Part shown: positions 21,395-33,002 of the stretch, in pieces
How the letters are laid out: every line of letters begins with the position of its first letter
Position numbering within the stretch: the stretch's first letter is position 1
Assembly: GCA_965221125.1 (NCBI GenBank)
Contig: CBDCRW010000006.1
Coordinates: forward strand, 800,001 to 864,000
DNA: 64,000 bases
Origin: Alphaproteobacteria bacterium
GTDB lineage: Bacteria > Pseudomonadota > Alphaproteobacteria > UBA828
Direction of reading: 5' to 3'
The notes under the pieces: generated by a model
Told to the model about the DNA's origin: nothing
The model's database searches: none
What the model saw: the letters and a program-made list of their open reading frames with translations, nothing else
Program-made: the position numbers and the translations under genes

Positions 21395-21871
21395 GTGGCC
21401 ACTTCGTCCAAGGCTTTCGTGGTGGAGTTCAGGGTCGAAGATCCGACACGGATCCGGTCCTACGTGCGTATCGGCAGTCCGATTGGCAAGGACGACAAGA
21501 CCGGAAAACTTCGTCTGACCACATGGGATACGAAATTTACGGCCATCTGGGACACGGGTGCCCCCTTTACGCTTGTGGTTCCGCGTGTCGTACAAACAGC
21601 GAGCCTGAAGCAAAGAGGCTTTAGAAGGGTTGGAGGCATAGGATCGGAGCCGAAGCTACGACCAGCTTATCCGGCCAGCATCATGCTTCTCGCGCCCAAC
21701 TCGCTCGACTTGCAGTTCGTTGACGTGACCATGTTGGAGGATGACGACCAGCTCGATGGGGCCGACGTGCTGATCGGCATGGACATCATCGCGAAGGGAG
21801 AGACCAGAATCGGAAGGAGAAACGGGGAGCTTTGGTTCTCCTTCTCGCTGGAGCAGGATCATGGGCGATAG
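21395..21871 (+). CDS. Retropepsin-like (clan AA) aspartyl protease
   Basis: AIWDTGA catalytic motif, flap-like VGGIG, C-terminal VLIGMDII; lower GC than the flanks. Confidence 0.8.
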   Translation: MATSSKAFVVEFRVEDPTRIRSYVRIGSPIGKDDKTGKLRLTTWDTKFTAIWDTGAPFTLVVPRVVQTASLKQRGFRRVGGIGSEPKLRPAYPASIMLLAPNSLDLQFVDVTMLEDDDQLDGADVLIGMDIIAKGETRIGRRNGELWFSFSLEQDHGR

Positions 21872-22106
21872 GCAAGACTACGACCAGAACGCAGACTTCG
21901 ACTTCTTTGTCGAGCAGTTGCCTGCGCTCCTTGATGATCACCAAGGACAGGTGGTGCTCATCAATCGAAGGAAAATCGTGGGCTACTTCGATACGATGCA
22001 AGACGCAGTGGATGCGGGAATCGAGAGGTTTGGACCGGAGAGATTCATCGCTCAGGAAATCCTCAGCGATGATTCTGCGCCCATCGCGTATTCGCTCGCG
22101 TACTGA
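21861..22106 (+). CDS. Small DUF5678-like protein
   Basis: Pattern N.DFF..QLP.LL..H.GQ.VLI....IVG.FDT..DA..AG...FG...F..QEI; overlaps the protease stop by 11 nt; GGAGCAGGA upstream. Confidence 0.7.
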   Translation: MGDRQDYDQNADFDFFVEQLPALLDDHQGQVVLINRRKIVGYFDTMQDAVDAGIERFGPERFIAQEILSDDSAPIAYSLAY

Positions 22107-22144
22107 AGGCCAGTCGGCCGCGAAGCCTCGGTGAGCCAGCCGCC

Positions 22145-22184
22145 CGCCGACCGCATCACAGCCGGTCGGCGTCTTGCGCTTTTC
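22145..22184 (+). terminator. Possible terminator between the convergent DUF5678-like and RidA genes
   Basis: 9-bp stem CGCCGACCG/CGGTCGGCG followed by TCTTGCGCTTTT. Confidence 0.35.
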
Positions 22185-22192
22185 CGTCAGCC

Positions 22193-22597
22193 TCAGCCGA
22201 TGACGGCGGTGACCTCGACCTCGCAGCGGACGTCCGGCGAATAGAGGGCTTGCACGCCCATCAGCGTCATCGAGGGCGGCGTGAGGCCGGCGAAAAGCGT
22301 CCTGTTGGCCTCGTTCACCACCTCGCCTTCCTCGGGCACGTAGTTGGCGACGTAGGTGTTCAGCCGGACGATGTCGGCCACCGTCCCGCCCGCTTCGGCG
22401 AGCACGCGGCGGATGTTCTCGTGCGCCTGGGCGAGCTGGCTGGCGAGGTCCGCGCCCACCGACTCGCTCTTCTCGTTCCAGCCCACCTGGCCCGAGAGGT
22501 AGACGGTCTTGCCTCCCTCGGCCACGACCGCGTGGCTGAGGCCGTAGGTGAGATAGTCCGGCACGTTGTCGGGGTTGATGTGGGTGAGCTTGGCCAT
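22193..22597 (-). CDS. RidA/YjgF family protein
   Basis: [26 protein letters not shown]. Confidence 0.88.
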   Translation of the reverse strand: MAKLTHINPDNVPDYLTYGLSHAVVAEGGKTVYLSGQVGWNEKSESVGADLASQLAQAHENIRRVLAEAGGTVADIVRLNTYVANYVPEEGEVVNEANRTLFAGLTPPSMTLMGVQALYSPDVRCEVEVTAVIG

Positions 22598-22636
22598 GGG
22601 ACTCTCCGTCGTTTGCGGGCGGCGCGCCGGCGCGCC

Positions 22637-24331
<1,695 letters not shown>

Positions 24332-24392
24332 CGTCCGTCCTCGCCTTGCCCGGTCGCAACGTCCGTCTGCCGACGCTGGCGCGAGGTGCCGG

Positions 24393-24465
<73 letters not shown>

Positions 24466-24542
24466 GTCCGCCGGCATAGGCGCCTGTGTATAGGGCAGAG
24501 AACGGCACCTGTCCATGCGCAGCCCGCCCTTTCGGGCCGGAA

Positions 24543-25508
24543 TTACAGGGTCAGATACTGCACCGCGGTGAAGGCGGCGTAGCCGAGCAGCAGAAGCACG
24601 CCGAAGGGCCGCCCCAGGCGCACGCCGGTGAGCGCCACCGCGATCACGAGCCCGGTTATGGCGGCCAGCACCCAGATGTCGAGGTGCAGGATTTCGTCCG
24701 GCACCGGCAGCGGCGTCACCACGGTGACGACGCCGAGGATCGCCAGGATGTTGAACAGGCTGGAGCCGAGCACGTTGCCGAGGGCCACGTCCGCGTGCTT
24801 GCGGTAGGCGGCCACCACGGTGGTCGCGAGCTCCGGCAGCGACGTGCCGACCGCGACGACCGTGATCCCGATCACCGTCTCGGTGATGCCGAGGCCGCGC
24901 GCGATGATCGTCGCGGCGCCGACCATGAGGTGGGCGCCGACGCTGACGCCTGCGAGCCCGGCCAGCGCGAGCAGCCCGGCGAGCCAGGCGGATCGCGGCA
25001 GGTGCTGGCGTTCCTCCGCCTCATGCCGATGGAGGGCTCCCACGTGGCCCCCCAGCCGGCGCTCGTGCCAGTAGGAGGCGCAGGTGAGAATCCCGAGGAG
25101 GATCAGCATCACCGCGCCCTGCCAGGCGACGAGCGTGCCCATGTAGACGAACACGGTGAGCAGCGCGGTGGCCCCGACCAGCGCCCCGCCATCGCGCATA
25201 ACTGCCCGCTTCGAGACCATGACCGGCGTGATCACGATGGCGAGGCCGAAGATGAGCATGAGGTTCGCGACGTTGCTGCCGATCACGTTGCCGAAGGCGA
25301 TGCCGGTCGAGCCCCGGAGCGCGGCCTGCAGGGTGACCACCAGCTCCGGCATCGAGGTGCCGAAGGCCACGACAGTGGCGCCGATCAGCAGCGGCGAGAC
25401 GTTCAGCCGCTGGGCCAGCGAGACCGCGCCCCGCACCAGCGCCTCGCCGCCCGCGAAAAGCAGGATGAAGCCGCCGACGAGCTGGATATGGGTGAGCGGT
25501 TCGAGCAT
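24543..25508 (-). CDS. Calcium/sodium antiporter (YrbG/CaCA family)
   Basis: Two alpha repeats: GTSMPEL...GNVIGSN and GTSLPEL...GNVLGSS. Confidence 0.92.
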   Translation of the reverse strand: MLEPLTHIQLVGGFILLFAGGEALVRGAVSLAQRLNVSPLLIGATVVAFGTSMPELVVTLQAALRGSTGIAFGNVIGSNVANLMLIFGLAIVITPVMVSKRAVMRDGGALVGATALLTVFVYMGTLVAWQGAVMLILLGILTCASYWHERRLGGHVGALHRHEAEERQHLPRSAWLAGLLALAGLAGVSVGAHLMVGAATIIARGLGITETVIGITVVAVGTSLPELATTVVAAYRKHADVALGNVLGSSLFNILAILGVVTVVTPLPVPDEILHLDIWVLAAITGLVIAVALTGVRLGRPFGVLLLLGYAAFTAVQYLTL

Positions 25509-25526
25509 CCGTGCCTGCGGCCTCGT

Positions 25527-26885
25527 TCAGCCTCGCTCGACGGCGAAGCGGCCGTGCGGCCGCGCCGGATCGGCGATGAGCCTGAGCGGCACGCCGAGCC
25601 AGCGCTGCAGCACGCCGTCGCCGGGGGCCGCGAGCGCGTCGAGCAGGGCGGGGCCGGCCCGCAGCGTGAGCGCCCGTGCGCCGCTCGCTGCTTCGCGCCG
25701 CGCGGCGGCCGCCGCCTCGTGGGCTGCTGCCTCCAGCCGCATCCTGCGCCCGCTGAAGGCGCTGCCCGCGGGCTCCGTGAGCGCCTGACGCAGGCTCGGG
25801 CCGAGCCGCCGGCGGTTGACCTCCACCACGCCGCCGGCGGTGACGCCGAGCACGCGGTGGGGAGTCCGGTCCGCCTTCAGCGCACGCCCGAGGGCGGCAA
25901 GCTGGGCCTCGCGCCGGCGGGCGCCGCCCCGGCCCGCGAAGTCGATGGCGATCAGTCCGCCCAGATTGCGGAGCACGATCTCGTGGCCGGCGGCCTCGGC
26001 GGTCTCCGCCGCGGCGGCACCTGTGGCCTGGCTCGTGTCCACGTCGATCGCGGTGAGCGCGCGCGTCTCCTCGATGGTGAGCCGCGCGCCGCCGGAGAGC
26101 GCGACCTCGGGCTCCAGCGCCGCCGCCAGCCGGCCCGCGCAATCGTGACGCTCGAAGAGCGGCGGCGACGCATCGGCGAGCGCGAGCGCGGGCACGAGGT
26201 CCGGCGCCTCGCGCGCGGCCAGCGCGCCGGCCCGGTCGAGCGAAGCGCGGTCGTCGATGGCGATGGTCGTCGTTCCGGGCCGCGCCACGTCGCGCAGCAG
26301 GCGCCCGAGCAGGCCGCCCCCCTGCCAGAGGCGCCGGGGCGTCCGGTCGCGCCGGGCCTCGGCCTCGATGTCTCGCCAGCGTGCCGCCAGCGCAGCCGCG
26401 GCGGCCGGCACCTCGTTCGGGCGCGCAGCCGCGGCGGCCCTGATCGTCACCGCGCCGCCGGTTACAGCGGCCTCGTCGAGTGACGCGCCGATCGCACGCC
26501 GCGTCTCGGGGTCACGGAGGCGGCGCGAATACGCGATGCCCTGGCCGCCGGGGCGGAACGTGGCGAAGCGGCCCGCCAGCACCGGCCGCCGCGTGACCCT
26601 GGCGCGCTTGCCCTCGTAGGCGTCGCAGACGACCTGCACGACGGGCAGCGCACCGTCCGCGTCGAGCCCGCGCGCTCCCTGGAGGAACGCCTCCTCGCCG
26701 TCGCCGATCTCGACGATGCAGGCGTCGATCCCCGTCAGCCTGCCGAGCGGCCGCGCCACGTGCAGGTCGCCGATGCGGCTCGGCCTCGTGCTCCACTCGA
26801 CGAAGAACGCGACCGGCCGGCCGCCGGCGATCGCCGCCGCCTGCATGCCATAGGGGGTCGCGGTGATGAGTAACGCGTCGCCCAT
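25527..26885 (-). CDS. Ribonuclease E/G family protein (short, RNase G-like)
   Basis: S1-like N-terminus, VVQV...GKRARVT, IEETRALTAIDVDT, LRNLGGLIAIDF; conserved position after maf; start at ATG 26885. Confidence 0.85.
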   Translation of the reverse strand: MGDALLITATPYGMQAAAIAGGRPVAFFVEWSTRPSRIGDLHVARPLGRLTGIDACIVEIGDGEEAFLQGARGLDADGALPVVQVVCDAYEGKRARVTRRPVLAGRFATFRPGGQGIAYSRRLRDPETRRAIGASLDEAAVTGGAVTIRAAAAARPNEVPAAAAALAARWRDIEAEARRDRTPRRLWQGGGLLGRLLRDVARPGTTTIAIDDRASLDRAGALAAREAPDLVPALALADASPPLFERHDCAGRLAAALEPEVALSGGARLTIEETRALTAIDVDTSQATGAAAAETAEAAGHEIVLRNLGGLIAIDFAGRGGARRREAQLAALGRALKADRTPHRVLGVTAGGVVEVNRRRLGPSLRQALTEPAGSAFSGRRMRLEAAAHEAAAAARREAASGARALTLRAGPALLDALAAPGDGVLQRWLGVPLRLIADPARPHGRFAVERG

Positions 26886-26893
26886 CGCCCCGA

Positions 26894-27502
26894 TCAGATG
26901 GTGCTCGGCGACCTGGGCGGCAAGCCGAGACCGACCAGCATCCGGTAGGTCTCGTGCAGCGGCAGCCCCACGACGTTGCTGTAGGAGCCGCCGACGAAGC
27001 GGATGTACGCCGCCGCCCGGCCCTGGATCGCATAGCCGCCGGCCTTCCCCCGCCACTCGCCGCAGGCGAGGTAGGCGGCCACCTCCTCCGCCGAGAGCCG
27101 CTTGAACGTCACCGCGGTCCGCACCAGCCGGCTCGCCGCACGGCCCGAGGGGTCGATCGCCGTCACCCCGCCGAAGACCCGGTGGCGCCGCCCGGAGAGG
27201 AGGGAGAGGCAGCGCCGCGCCTCCTCCTCCGTTTCCGCCTTGCCGAGGATTCGCCGCCCGCACGCCACCACCGTGTCGGCGCCAAGGACGAACGCCCCCG
27301 GATGGCGGGCCGCGACGGCCTCCGCTTTGGCGTGAGCGAGCCGGGCCGCGTGCGCCTCCGGCCGCTCGCCGGGGCGCGCCGCCTCGTCGAGTTGCGCAGG
27401 CTCCACCACGTCCGGCGCATAGCCGATCTGCTCCAGCAGCGCGCGGCGGCGGGGCGATGCCGAGGCGAGCACCAAGGGCGGGCGGGGCGCGGCGGCGGGC
27501 AC
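26894..27502 (-). CDS. maf: Maf family nucleoside triphosphate pyrophosphatase (YhdE-like)
   Basis: LVLASASPRR, GADTVV, GKAGGYAIQG, NVVGLP. Confidence 0.95.
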   Translation of the reverse strand: MPAAAPRPPLVLASASPRRRALLEQIGYAPDVVEPAQLDEAARPGERPEAHAARLAHAKAEAVAARHPGAFVLGADTVVACGRRILGKAETEEEARRCLSLLSGRRHRVFGGVTAIDPSGRAASRLVRTAVTFKRLSAEEVAAYLACGEWRGKAGGYAIQGRAAAYIRFVGGSYSNVVGLPLHETYRMLVGLGLPPRSPSTI

Positions 27503-27504
27503 GC

Positions 27505-27951
27505 TCAGACCACCGGCGGGCGGGGCGCGCCGAAGCGCTCCCGCAGCCTCTCCAGGAGCCCGTCGCGCACCTCGCGGTAGGCGAACAGCCGGGCCTCGCG
27601 GTTGCCCTCGACGACGCTGGGATCGAGGGTGTGCCAGAACTCCACCTTGCAGTGGGCCGTGCGGGTGAGCTCGATGGCCCTGTGCTGGGCCTCCGGCGAG
27701 AGCGAGACGACCATGTCGAAGGCGTCGCTTTCGAGATCGTCGAAGGTCTTGGGCCGGTGGCTGCCGATGTCGATCCCGATTTCCTCCATGACGAGGACCG
27801 CGAAGGGATCACGCCCGCCGCCGCTGCGCACGCCCGCCGAATCCACGAAGAGCCGGGTGCCGAAGAGGCTCTTCATCAGGCCCTCCGCCATGGGCGAGCG
27901 CACCGAGTTCCACGTGCACGCGAAGAGGATGCTGCCGGGTAGCGTGCCCAT
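27505..27951 (-). CDS. Low molecular weight phosphatase family protein
   Basis: P-loop CTWNSVRS (CX5R), DSAG, DP...YREVRD. Confidence 0.88.
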   Translation of the reverse strand: MGTLPGSILFACTWNSVRSPMAEGLMKSLFGTRLFVDSAGVRSGGGRDPFAVLVMEEIGIDIGSHRPKTFDDLESDAFDMVVSLSPEAQHRAIELTRTAHCKVEFWHTLDPSVVEGNREARLFAYREVRDGLLERLRERFGAPRPPVV

Positions 27952-27959
27952 GGCCGCGG

Positions 27960-28445
27960 CTACGCCCGGACATGGAGTGCATGGACGAGCGTGAACAGCT
28001 GCCGCGCCGTCGTCTCGTCGATAGCGATGGCGCCGGCAAGCTCGCGGCGGATGATCTCGGCGCCGTCGTTGTGGCAGGCACGCCGGCCCATGTCGATCGC
28101 CTCGATGCGGGACCGCGGCGCGGTCCTGATCGCCTCGTGGTAGGTGTCGCAGATGGTCGCGTAATCGCGCAGCGTCTGGCGGAGCGAGCCGAGGTGCAGC
28201 ACGGCATGGACCTGCGGCACGCCCAGGTCGTTCTCGACATCGAGGAGGAGCCGCCCCTCCTCGCGGCCGATGCGCAGCCGATAGGGGCCGCCCGATCCGC
28301 CGGCCGGGGCGAAGGTGTTCTCCTCCAGCAGGTCGTGGATGGCGATGCGGCGCTCGTGCTCGTAGTCCGGGCCGCGCCGGAATCCCGCACTGGGGTCCAG
28401 CACGACCTCGACCAGCCGGTCCGTGCCGGCCGGGTCCCGGTCCAC
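27960..28445 (-). CDS. UPF0262 family protein
   Basis: EHERRIAIHDLLEEN.F, IEAIDMGRR..HN, TARQLFTL; follows hisD as in other Alphaproteobacteria. Confidence 0.9.
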   Translation of the reverse strand: MDRDPAGTDRLVEVVLDPSAGFRRGPDYEHERRIAIHDLLEENTFAPAGGSGGPYRLRIGREEGRLLLDVENDLGVPQVHAVLHLGSLRQTLRDYATICDTYHEAIRTAPRSRIEAIDMGRRACHNDGAEIIRRELAGAIAIDETTARQLFTLVHALHVRA

Positions 28446-28449
28446 GGGC

Positions 28450-29751
28450 TCACTCCGACCCGCCGCCGAGCCTGAGCGCCACCGAGAGCGCGTGGGCGTC
28501 GAGGCCCTCGGCTTCGGCGAGCGTCACGGCCGCCGGGCCGATCCGCGCGAGGCTCGCGGCGTCGCAGCCGACGAAGGTCGTGCGCTTGAGGAAATCCAGG
28601 GGTGAAAGGCCTGAGGAGAAGCGGGCGCTGCGGGCCGTCGGCAGCACGTGGTTGGGGCCCGCCACGTAGTCGCCGATCGCTTCAGGCGTGTGCCGGCCGA
28701 GGAAGATGGCGCCGGCGCTGGTCACGGCCTCGGCCAGGCGCTCCGGCTCGGCCACCGCAAGCTCCAGGTGCTCCGGCGCCAGGCGATTGATGAGCGCCGG
28801 CGCTTCGTCGAGCGCGCCCACGACGATCACCGCGCCGTGCTCCCGCCAGCTCGCGGCCGCGATGGCGGCGCGCGGCAGCCGCGCCAGATGCCCCGCCACC
28901 GCGTGCCTCACGCGGGCGGCGAAGGCGCGATCGTCCGTGATCAGGATCGCCTGCGCGTCCTCGTCGTGTTCGGCCTGGGAGAGCAGGTCCGCCGCGATCC
29001 ATTCCGGCTCGTTGGCAGAATCGGCGACCACCAGGATCTCGGAGGGGCCCGCGATCATGTCGATGCCGACGGTGCCGAAGACGAGGCGCTTGGCGGCGGC
29101 CACGTAGGCGTTGCCGGGCCCTACGATCTTGTCCACCGGCCGGATGGTCTCGGTGCCCCAGGCGAGCGCGGCGACGGCCTGCGCGCCGCCCACGCGGTAG
29201 ATTTCCGCCACGCCGGCGACCTCGGCGGCGGCCATGACCGCAGGGTCCAATGCACCGTCCGGCGTCGGCACCGCCATGGCGATGCGCTCCACGCCCGCGA
29301 CCCGCGCGGGGATGGCGTTCATCAGCACGGTGCTGGGATAGGCGGCCGTGCCGCCCGGCACGTAGAGCCCGACCGCATCCAGCGGCCGCCAGCGGGCGCC
29401 CAGCCTCACGCCGGCTGTGTCGCGGTAGTCGAGATCGGCCGGCATGAGGCGGCGGTGGAAGGCCTCGATGCGCTCCGCCGCCTGCACCAGCGCGTCCCGC
29501 ACCGCGTTGGGCGCGGCTGCGGCAGCGGCGGCACGCTCGTCCTCCGACAGCCGGATCGTGCCGGGCGTGAGCGCGATGCGGTCGAAGCGCGCCGTGTAGT
29601 CCAGCAGCGCCGCGTCGCCGCCGTCGCGCACCGCGCCCACGATCGCCGCCGCCTCGCGGTCGACGTTTTCCGCCACGCCGCGCCGGGCCGCGAGCAGGGC
29701 GTCGAAGGCCGCCGAGAAACCCGCGCCGGCGCTATCGAGCGTGCGCGCCAT
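28450..29751 (-). CDS. hisD: Histidinol dehydrogenase
   Basis: [45 protein letters not shown]. Confidence 0.97.
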   Translation of the reverse strand: MARTLDSAGAGFSAAFDALLAARRGVAENVDREAAAIVGAVRDGGDAALLDYTARFDRIALTPGTIRLSEDERAAAAAAAPNAVRDALVQAAERIEAFHRRLMPADLDYRDTAGVRLGARWRPLDAVGLYVPGGTAAYPSTVLMNAIPARVAGVERIAMAVPTPDGALDPAVMAAAEVAGVAEIYRVGGAQAVAALAWGTETIRPVDKIVGPGNAYVAAAKRLVFGTVGIDMIAGPSEILVVADSANEPEWIAADLLSQAEHDEDAQAILITDDRAFAARVRHAVAGHLARLPRAAIAAASWREHGAVIVVGALDEAPALINRLAPEHLELAVAEPERLAEAVTSAGAIFLGRHTPEAIGDYVAGPNHVLPTARSARFSSGLSPLDFLKRTTFVGCDAASLARIGPAAVTLAEAEGLDAHALSVALRLGGGSE

Positions 29752-30397
29752 TCACCGCCTCGCCGAAGCGCTCGATCCAGGTCTGGAGCTCGCCGGCCCG
29801 GGTCTTGAGCGCCGTGCGGTTGACCACGAGCCGCGACGAGATGTCGGCGATGTGCTCGACCTCGACCAGGCCGTTGGCCCGGAGCGTCGCCCCGGATTCC
29901 ACGAGATCGACGATTCGGCGGCAAAGGCCGAGCCCCGGCGCCAGCTCTATCGCGCCGTTGAGCTTGATGCACTCCGCCTGGACGCCGCGGGCCGCGAAGT
30001 GCCGGCGGGTCACGTGCGGATACTTGGTGGCCACCCGCACGTGGCTCCAGCGCGAGGGATCGTCGCCCGTCGCCAGCGCCGCCGGCTCCGCCACCACCAT
30101 GCGGCAGAGCCCGATGCCGAGGTCCAGCGGCGCGTAGATTTCCCGGTAGTCGAACTCCATCAGCACGTCGTTGCCGACCACGCCGAGCTGGGCCGCGCCG
30201 AAGGCGACGAAGGTGGCGACGTCGAAGCTGCGCACCCGAATCAGCCCGAGCCCCGGCTCCGAGGTCGAGAAGCGGAGTTGCCGCGCGTCATCATCCGCGA
30301 ACGCAGGCTCCGGCTCGATTCCGGCGCGCGCAAGCAGGGGGCCAAGCTCGCGCGCGATCCTGCCCTTGGGCAGCGCCAGCAGCAGGCCGTCGCTCAT
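29732..30397 (-). CDS. hisG: ATP phosphoribosyltransferase, short form
   Basis: [37 protein letters not shown]; no C-terminal regulatory domain. Confidence 0.95.
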   Translation of the reverse strand: MSDGLLLALPKGRIARELGPLLARAGIEPEPAFADDDARQLRFSTSEPGLGLIRVRSFDVATFVAFGAAQLGVVGNDVLMEFDYREIYAPLDLGIGLCRMVVAEPAALATGDDPSRWSHVRVATKYPHVTRRHFAARGVQAECIKLNGAIELAPGLGLCRRIVDLVESGATLRANGLVEVEHIADISSRLVVNRTALKTRAGELQTWIERFGEAVNGAHAR

Positions 30398-30837
30398 GGG
30401 GCGGACTCCGGCTCCGCCGGCAACGCCGGCCAGGGCTCCTCCAGGTCCTGGAAGAGGCACGCGAGGTGCCCGGTCTCGATCCACACCTCGCCGCCGTCCT
30501 GGAACAGGAGCCGCACCACCGTCGCCGACCGGCCGGGCTCGGCGACAATGCCCGCGAGCTTGAGCAGCCGCGCAGGCTCCGTGCGGTCGATCCCGCGCAG
30601 CTTGACCGCGCACACGTCGTCGAAGTGGATCGCCGCCTTCGCCTGGCCGGCGGGGCCGCCCGCGGCCGCGCGGCAGCGGCGCACGACGATGGCCGCGAAG
30701 CGGTTGTCGGCGGGCTCGAAGGCCATCTCGCCCACCGCGAAGACCGCGTCCTCGAGGCACGCCGAGATCACGGCGAGATCGCCGGCGTCTTCCGCCCGCA
30801 GCTTGAGACGCGCCGATGCAGTCGCCGATGCAGTCAA
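30394..30837 (-). CDS. DUF2948 family protein
   Basis: [20 protein letters not shown]...; TTG start overlapping the murA stop; conserved murA-DUF2948-his order. Confidence 0.85.
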   Translation of the reverse strand: MTASATASARLKLRAEDAGDLAVISACLEDAVFAVGEMAFEPADNRFAAIVVRRCRAAAGGPAGQAKAAIHFDDVCAVKLRGIDRTEPARLLKLAGIVAEPGRSATVVRLLFQDGGEVWIETGHLACLFQDLEEPWPALPAEPESAP

Positions 30838-32117
30838 TGATGGACCCGGTCGATGTCGGCGCCGCAAGCCGCGAGCTTGTCCTCGATCCGCTCGTAGCCG
30901 CGATCGAGGTGGTAGACGCGGTGCACCACGGTCTCGCCCGCAGCGGCGAGCCCGGCGATGACCAGCGACGACGAGGCCCGCAGGTCGGTCGCCATCACCT
31001 GCGCGCCGGTGAGCGACGGGACGCCGCGCACCAGCGCGCTGCCGCCGCGCACCGCGATATCCGCGCCCATGCGGCGCAGCTCTTGTACGTGCATGAAGCG
31101 GTTCTCGAAGATCGTCTCGGTGATCATGGCGGCGCCGTCGGCAACCGTCATGAGCGCCATCGCCTGGGCCTGGAGGTCGGTGGGAAAGCCGGGATAGGGC
31201 TGCGTCGTCACGTCCGTGGCGTTGGGTCGGCCGTTGCCGCGCACCCTGAGCCCGCGCGGGGTCTCGGCGACGGCGACGCCGCTGGCCTCCAGGTAGTCGA
31301 GCAGGGAGCGCAGGAGCGCCGCCGGCGCGCCGGCAAGCTCGACGTCGCCGCCGACGATGGCCGCGGCCAGCGCGTAGGTTCCGGCCTCGATCCTGTCGCT
31401 CACCACGTGGTGCTCGGCGCCGGACAGCGTCTCCCGGCCCTGGATCACCAGCTCGTCGCTGCCGACCCCGGCGATGTCGGCGCCCATCGCGTTGAGGCAG
31501 AGGGCGAGATCGGCGATCTCGGGCTCCCGCGCCGCGTTGCGGATGACCGTCTCGCCGTCGGCCAGCGTCGCCGCCATCATCAGGTTCTCGGTGGCGCCCA
31601 CCGAGGCGAAGGGCAGCCTGATCTCGGCGCCCCGCAGCCGGCCGCGCACGTGGGCGCGGATGTCGCCGTCCTCCAGCACGACCTGGGCGCCCAGCCGGGT
31701 GAGCCCGTCTATGTGCAGGTCCACGGGGCGGGAGCCGATGGCGCAGCCGCCGGGGAGCGAGACGGTGGCCCGCCCGGTGCGGGCGAGCAGCGGCCCCAGC
31801 ACCAGGATGGAGGCGCGCATGCGGCTCACCAGCTCGTAGGGCGCCCGGGTGTCGCTGATCTGGCGGGCGCGGAGCGAGAGCACGCGGCCCGCGTTGCCGC
31901 CGCGGCGCGCATTCCCTTCCATGCCGATCTCGACGCCGTGCTGGGCGAGGAGGTGGGCCAGCGTGGTGATGTCGGTGAGGTGAGGGATGTTCGAGAGCGT
32001 CAGCGTCTCTTCGGTGAGCAGGCTCGCCGCCATCAGCGGCAGGGCCGCATTCTTGGCGCCAAAGATCTCGATCTCGCCCTCGAGCGGGCGGCCGCCCCTG
32101 ATGCGAATGCTGTCCAT
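30834..32117 (-). CDS. murA: UDP-N-acetylglucosamine 1-carboxyvinyltransferase
   Basis: [49 protein letters not shown]. Confidence 0.97.
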   Translation of the reverse strand: MDSIRIRGGRPLEGEIEIFGAKNAALPLMAASLLTEETLTLSNIPHLTDITTLAHLLAQHGVEIGMEGNARRGGNAGRVLSLRARQISDTRAPYELVSRMRASILVLGPLLARTGRATVSLPGGCAIGSRPVDLHIDGLTRLGAQVVLEDGDIRAHVRGRLRGAEIRLPFASVGATENLMMAATLADGETVIRNAAREPEIADLALCLNAMGADIAGVGSDELVIQGRETLSGAEHHVVSDRIEAGTYALAAAIVGGDVELAGAPAALLRSLLDYLEASGVAVAETPRGLRVRGNGRPNATDVTTQPYPGFPTDLQAQAMALMTVADGAAMITETIFENRFMHVQELRRMGADIAVRGGSALVRGVPSLTGAQVMATDLRASSSLVIAGLAAAGETVVHRVYHLDRGYERIEDKLAACGADIDRVHH

Positions 32118-32408
32118 TGGTCGCCTCTGGCGCCGGGGGCGCGGCGCCGTGCCGCCGTGCGGCCACCCGAGGGAATCGACGCGGCCGCCCCGTCCGCTTT
32201 CGCCGGCGCACCATAGGCGAGCGGCGCGCGAGGGACAAGCGGGAGCCGGCTGACAGGCCAGGAGCCTGCCGTTCACGGAAACCGGGCCGCAGGCCCGGAC
32301 GGCGCGACCGCGCCGCGCGCGAAGCGCGTAGGCAAGCGAGCGGAGCGAGCGCCCGCCGTTGAGGGAAATGAAGAGTCTGGGAGAGGGACTGAGAGAGGCG
32401 GGTAGCCC

Positions 32409-33002
32409 TCAGGCTTGGCGGTACTCCGCCATGGCGTCGAGCAGCCAGGTGGCGAGGTAGTGGGCGAAGGAGTTGCGCACGGTGATCTCGTAGGCCGGCG
32501 CGTCGTCGGTCTGGTGCAGGATCACCTGCGCCCTCGCCAGCGCCGTCTGCACGCAGGTGCCGCCGGAGAACGCGCAGGCGTGCAGGTCGAGGCGGCAGCC
32601 CTTCATCAGTACTTCGCGCGCCCGCGGGCCGGAGAGCGCGAGCGTGGCGTACATCGCGCTCACGTCGCCCAGCGCGTGGTGCTTGCTGGCGAGCGAAGTC
32701 TGCAACGAATTGGCAAGCGCACCGGCACCCGCAGCCGGCCCGGTCACCAGCCACTCGTCCGGGCCGAGCCAGAGCACGGACCAGCCGTTGACAGTCGTGG
32801 CCGCGGTGTTGGGCGCGAGCGGCAACGCGCCACCGAGCGCCGCACCTGCGGCGGTCAGCGCCTCCGCATCCTCGGGATCCAGCCTGAGGTTGAGCCGCGC
32901 GCGATCCGCCCGCTCCGCGAGCACGGAATCGCCCGCGCCAGTCTCGGCCAGCGCGTCCGTGAGGCTCGCGAGCGGGCTGCGCGGTGTCGGCGCCTCAGCC
33001 AT
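32409..33002 (-). CDS. soxG: Heterotetrameric sarcosine oxidase gamma subunit
   Basis: LWLGPDEWL, LMKGCRLDLH, RNSFAHYL..WL.DA; last gene of the soxBDAG order. Confidence 0.9.
   Translation of the reverse strand: MAEAPTPRSPLASLTDALAETGAGDSVLAERADRARLNLRLDPEDAEALTAAGAALGGALPLAPNTAATTVNGWSVLWLGPDEWLVTGPAAGAGALANSLQTSLASKHHALGDVSAMYATLALSGPRAREVLMKGCRLDLHACAFSGGTCVQTALARAQVILHQTDDAPAYEITVRNSFAHYLATWLLDAMAEYRQA

Noticed and set aside
25527-27812. 761-aa RNase E-sized protein
   Set aside because: The N-terminal 309 aa are off-frame over maf and LMWPc; the real start is near 26885.
30811-30835. 12-bp tandem duplication at the DUF2948 5' end
   Set aside because: In-frame slippage in a variable N-terminal tail (TASATASA); no sign of function.
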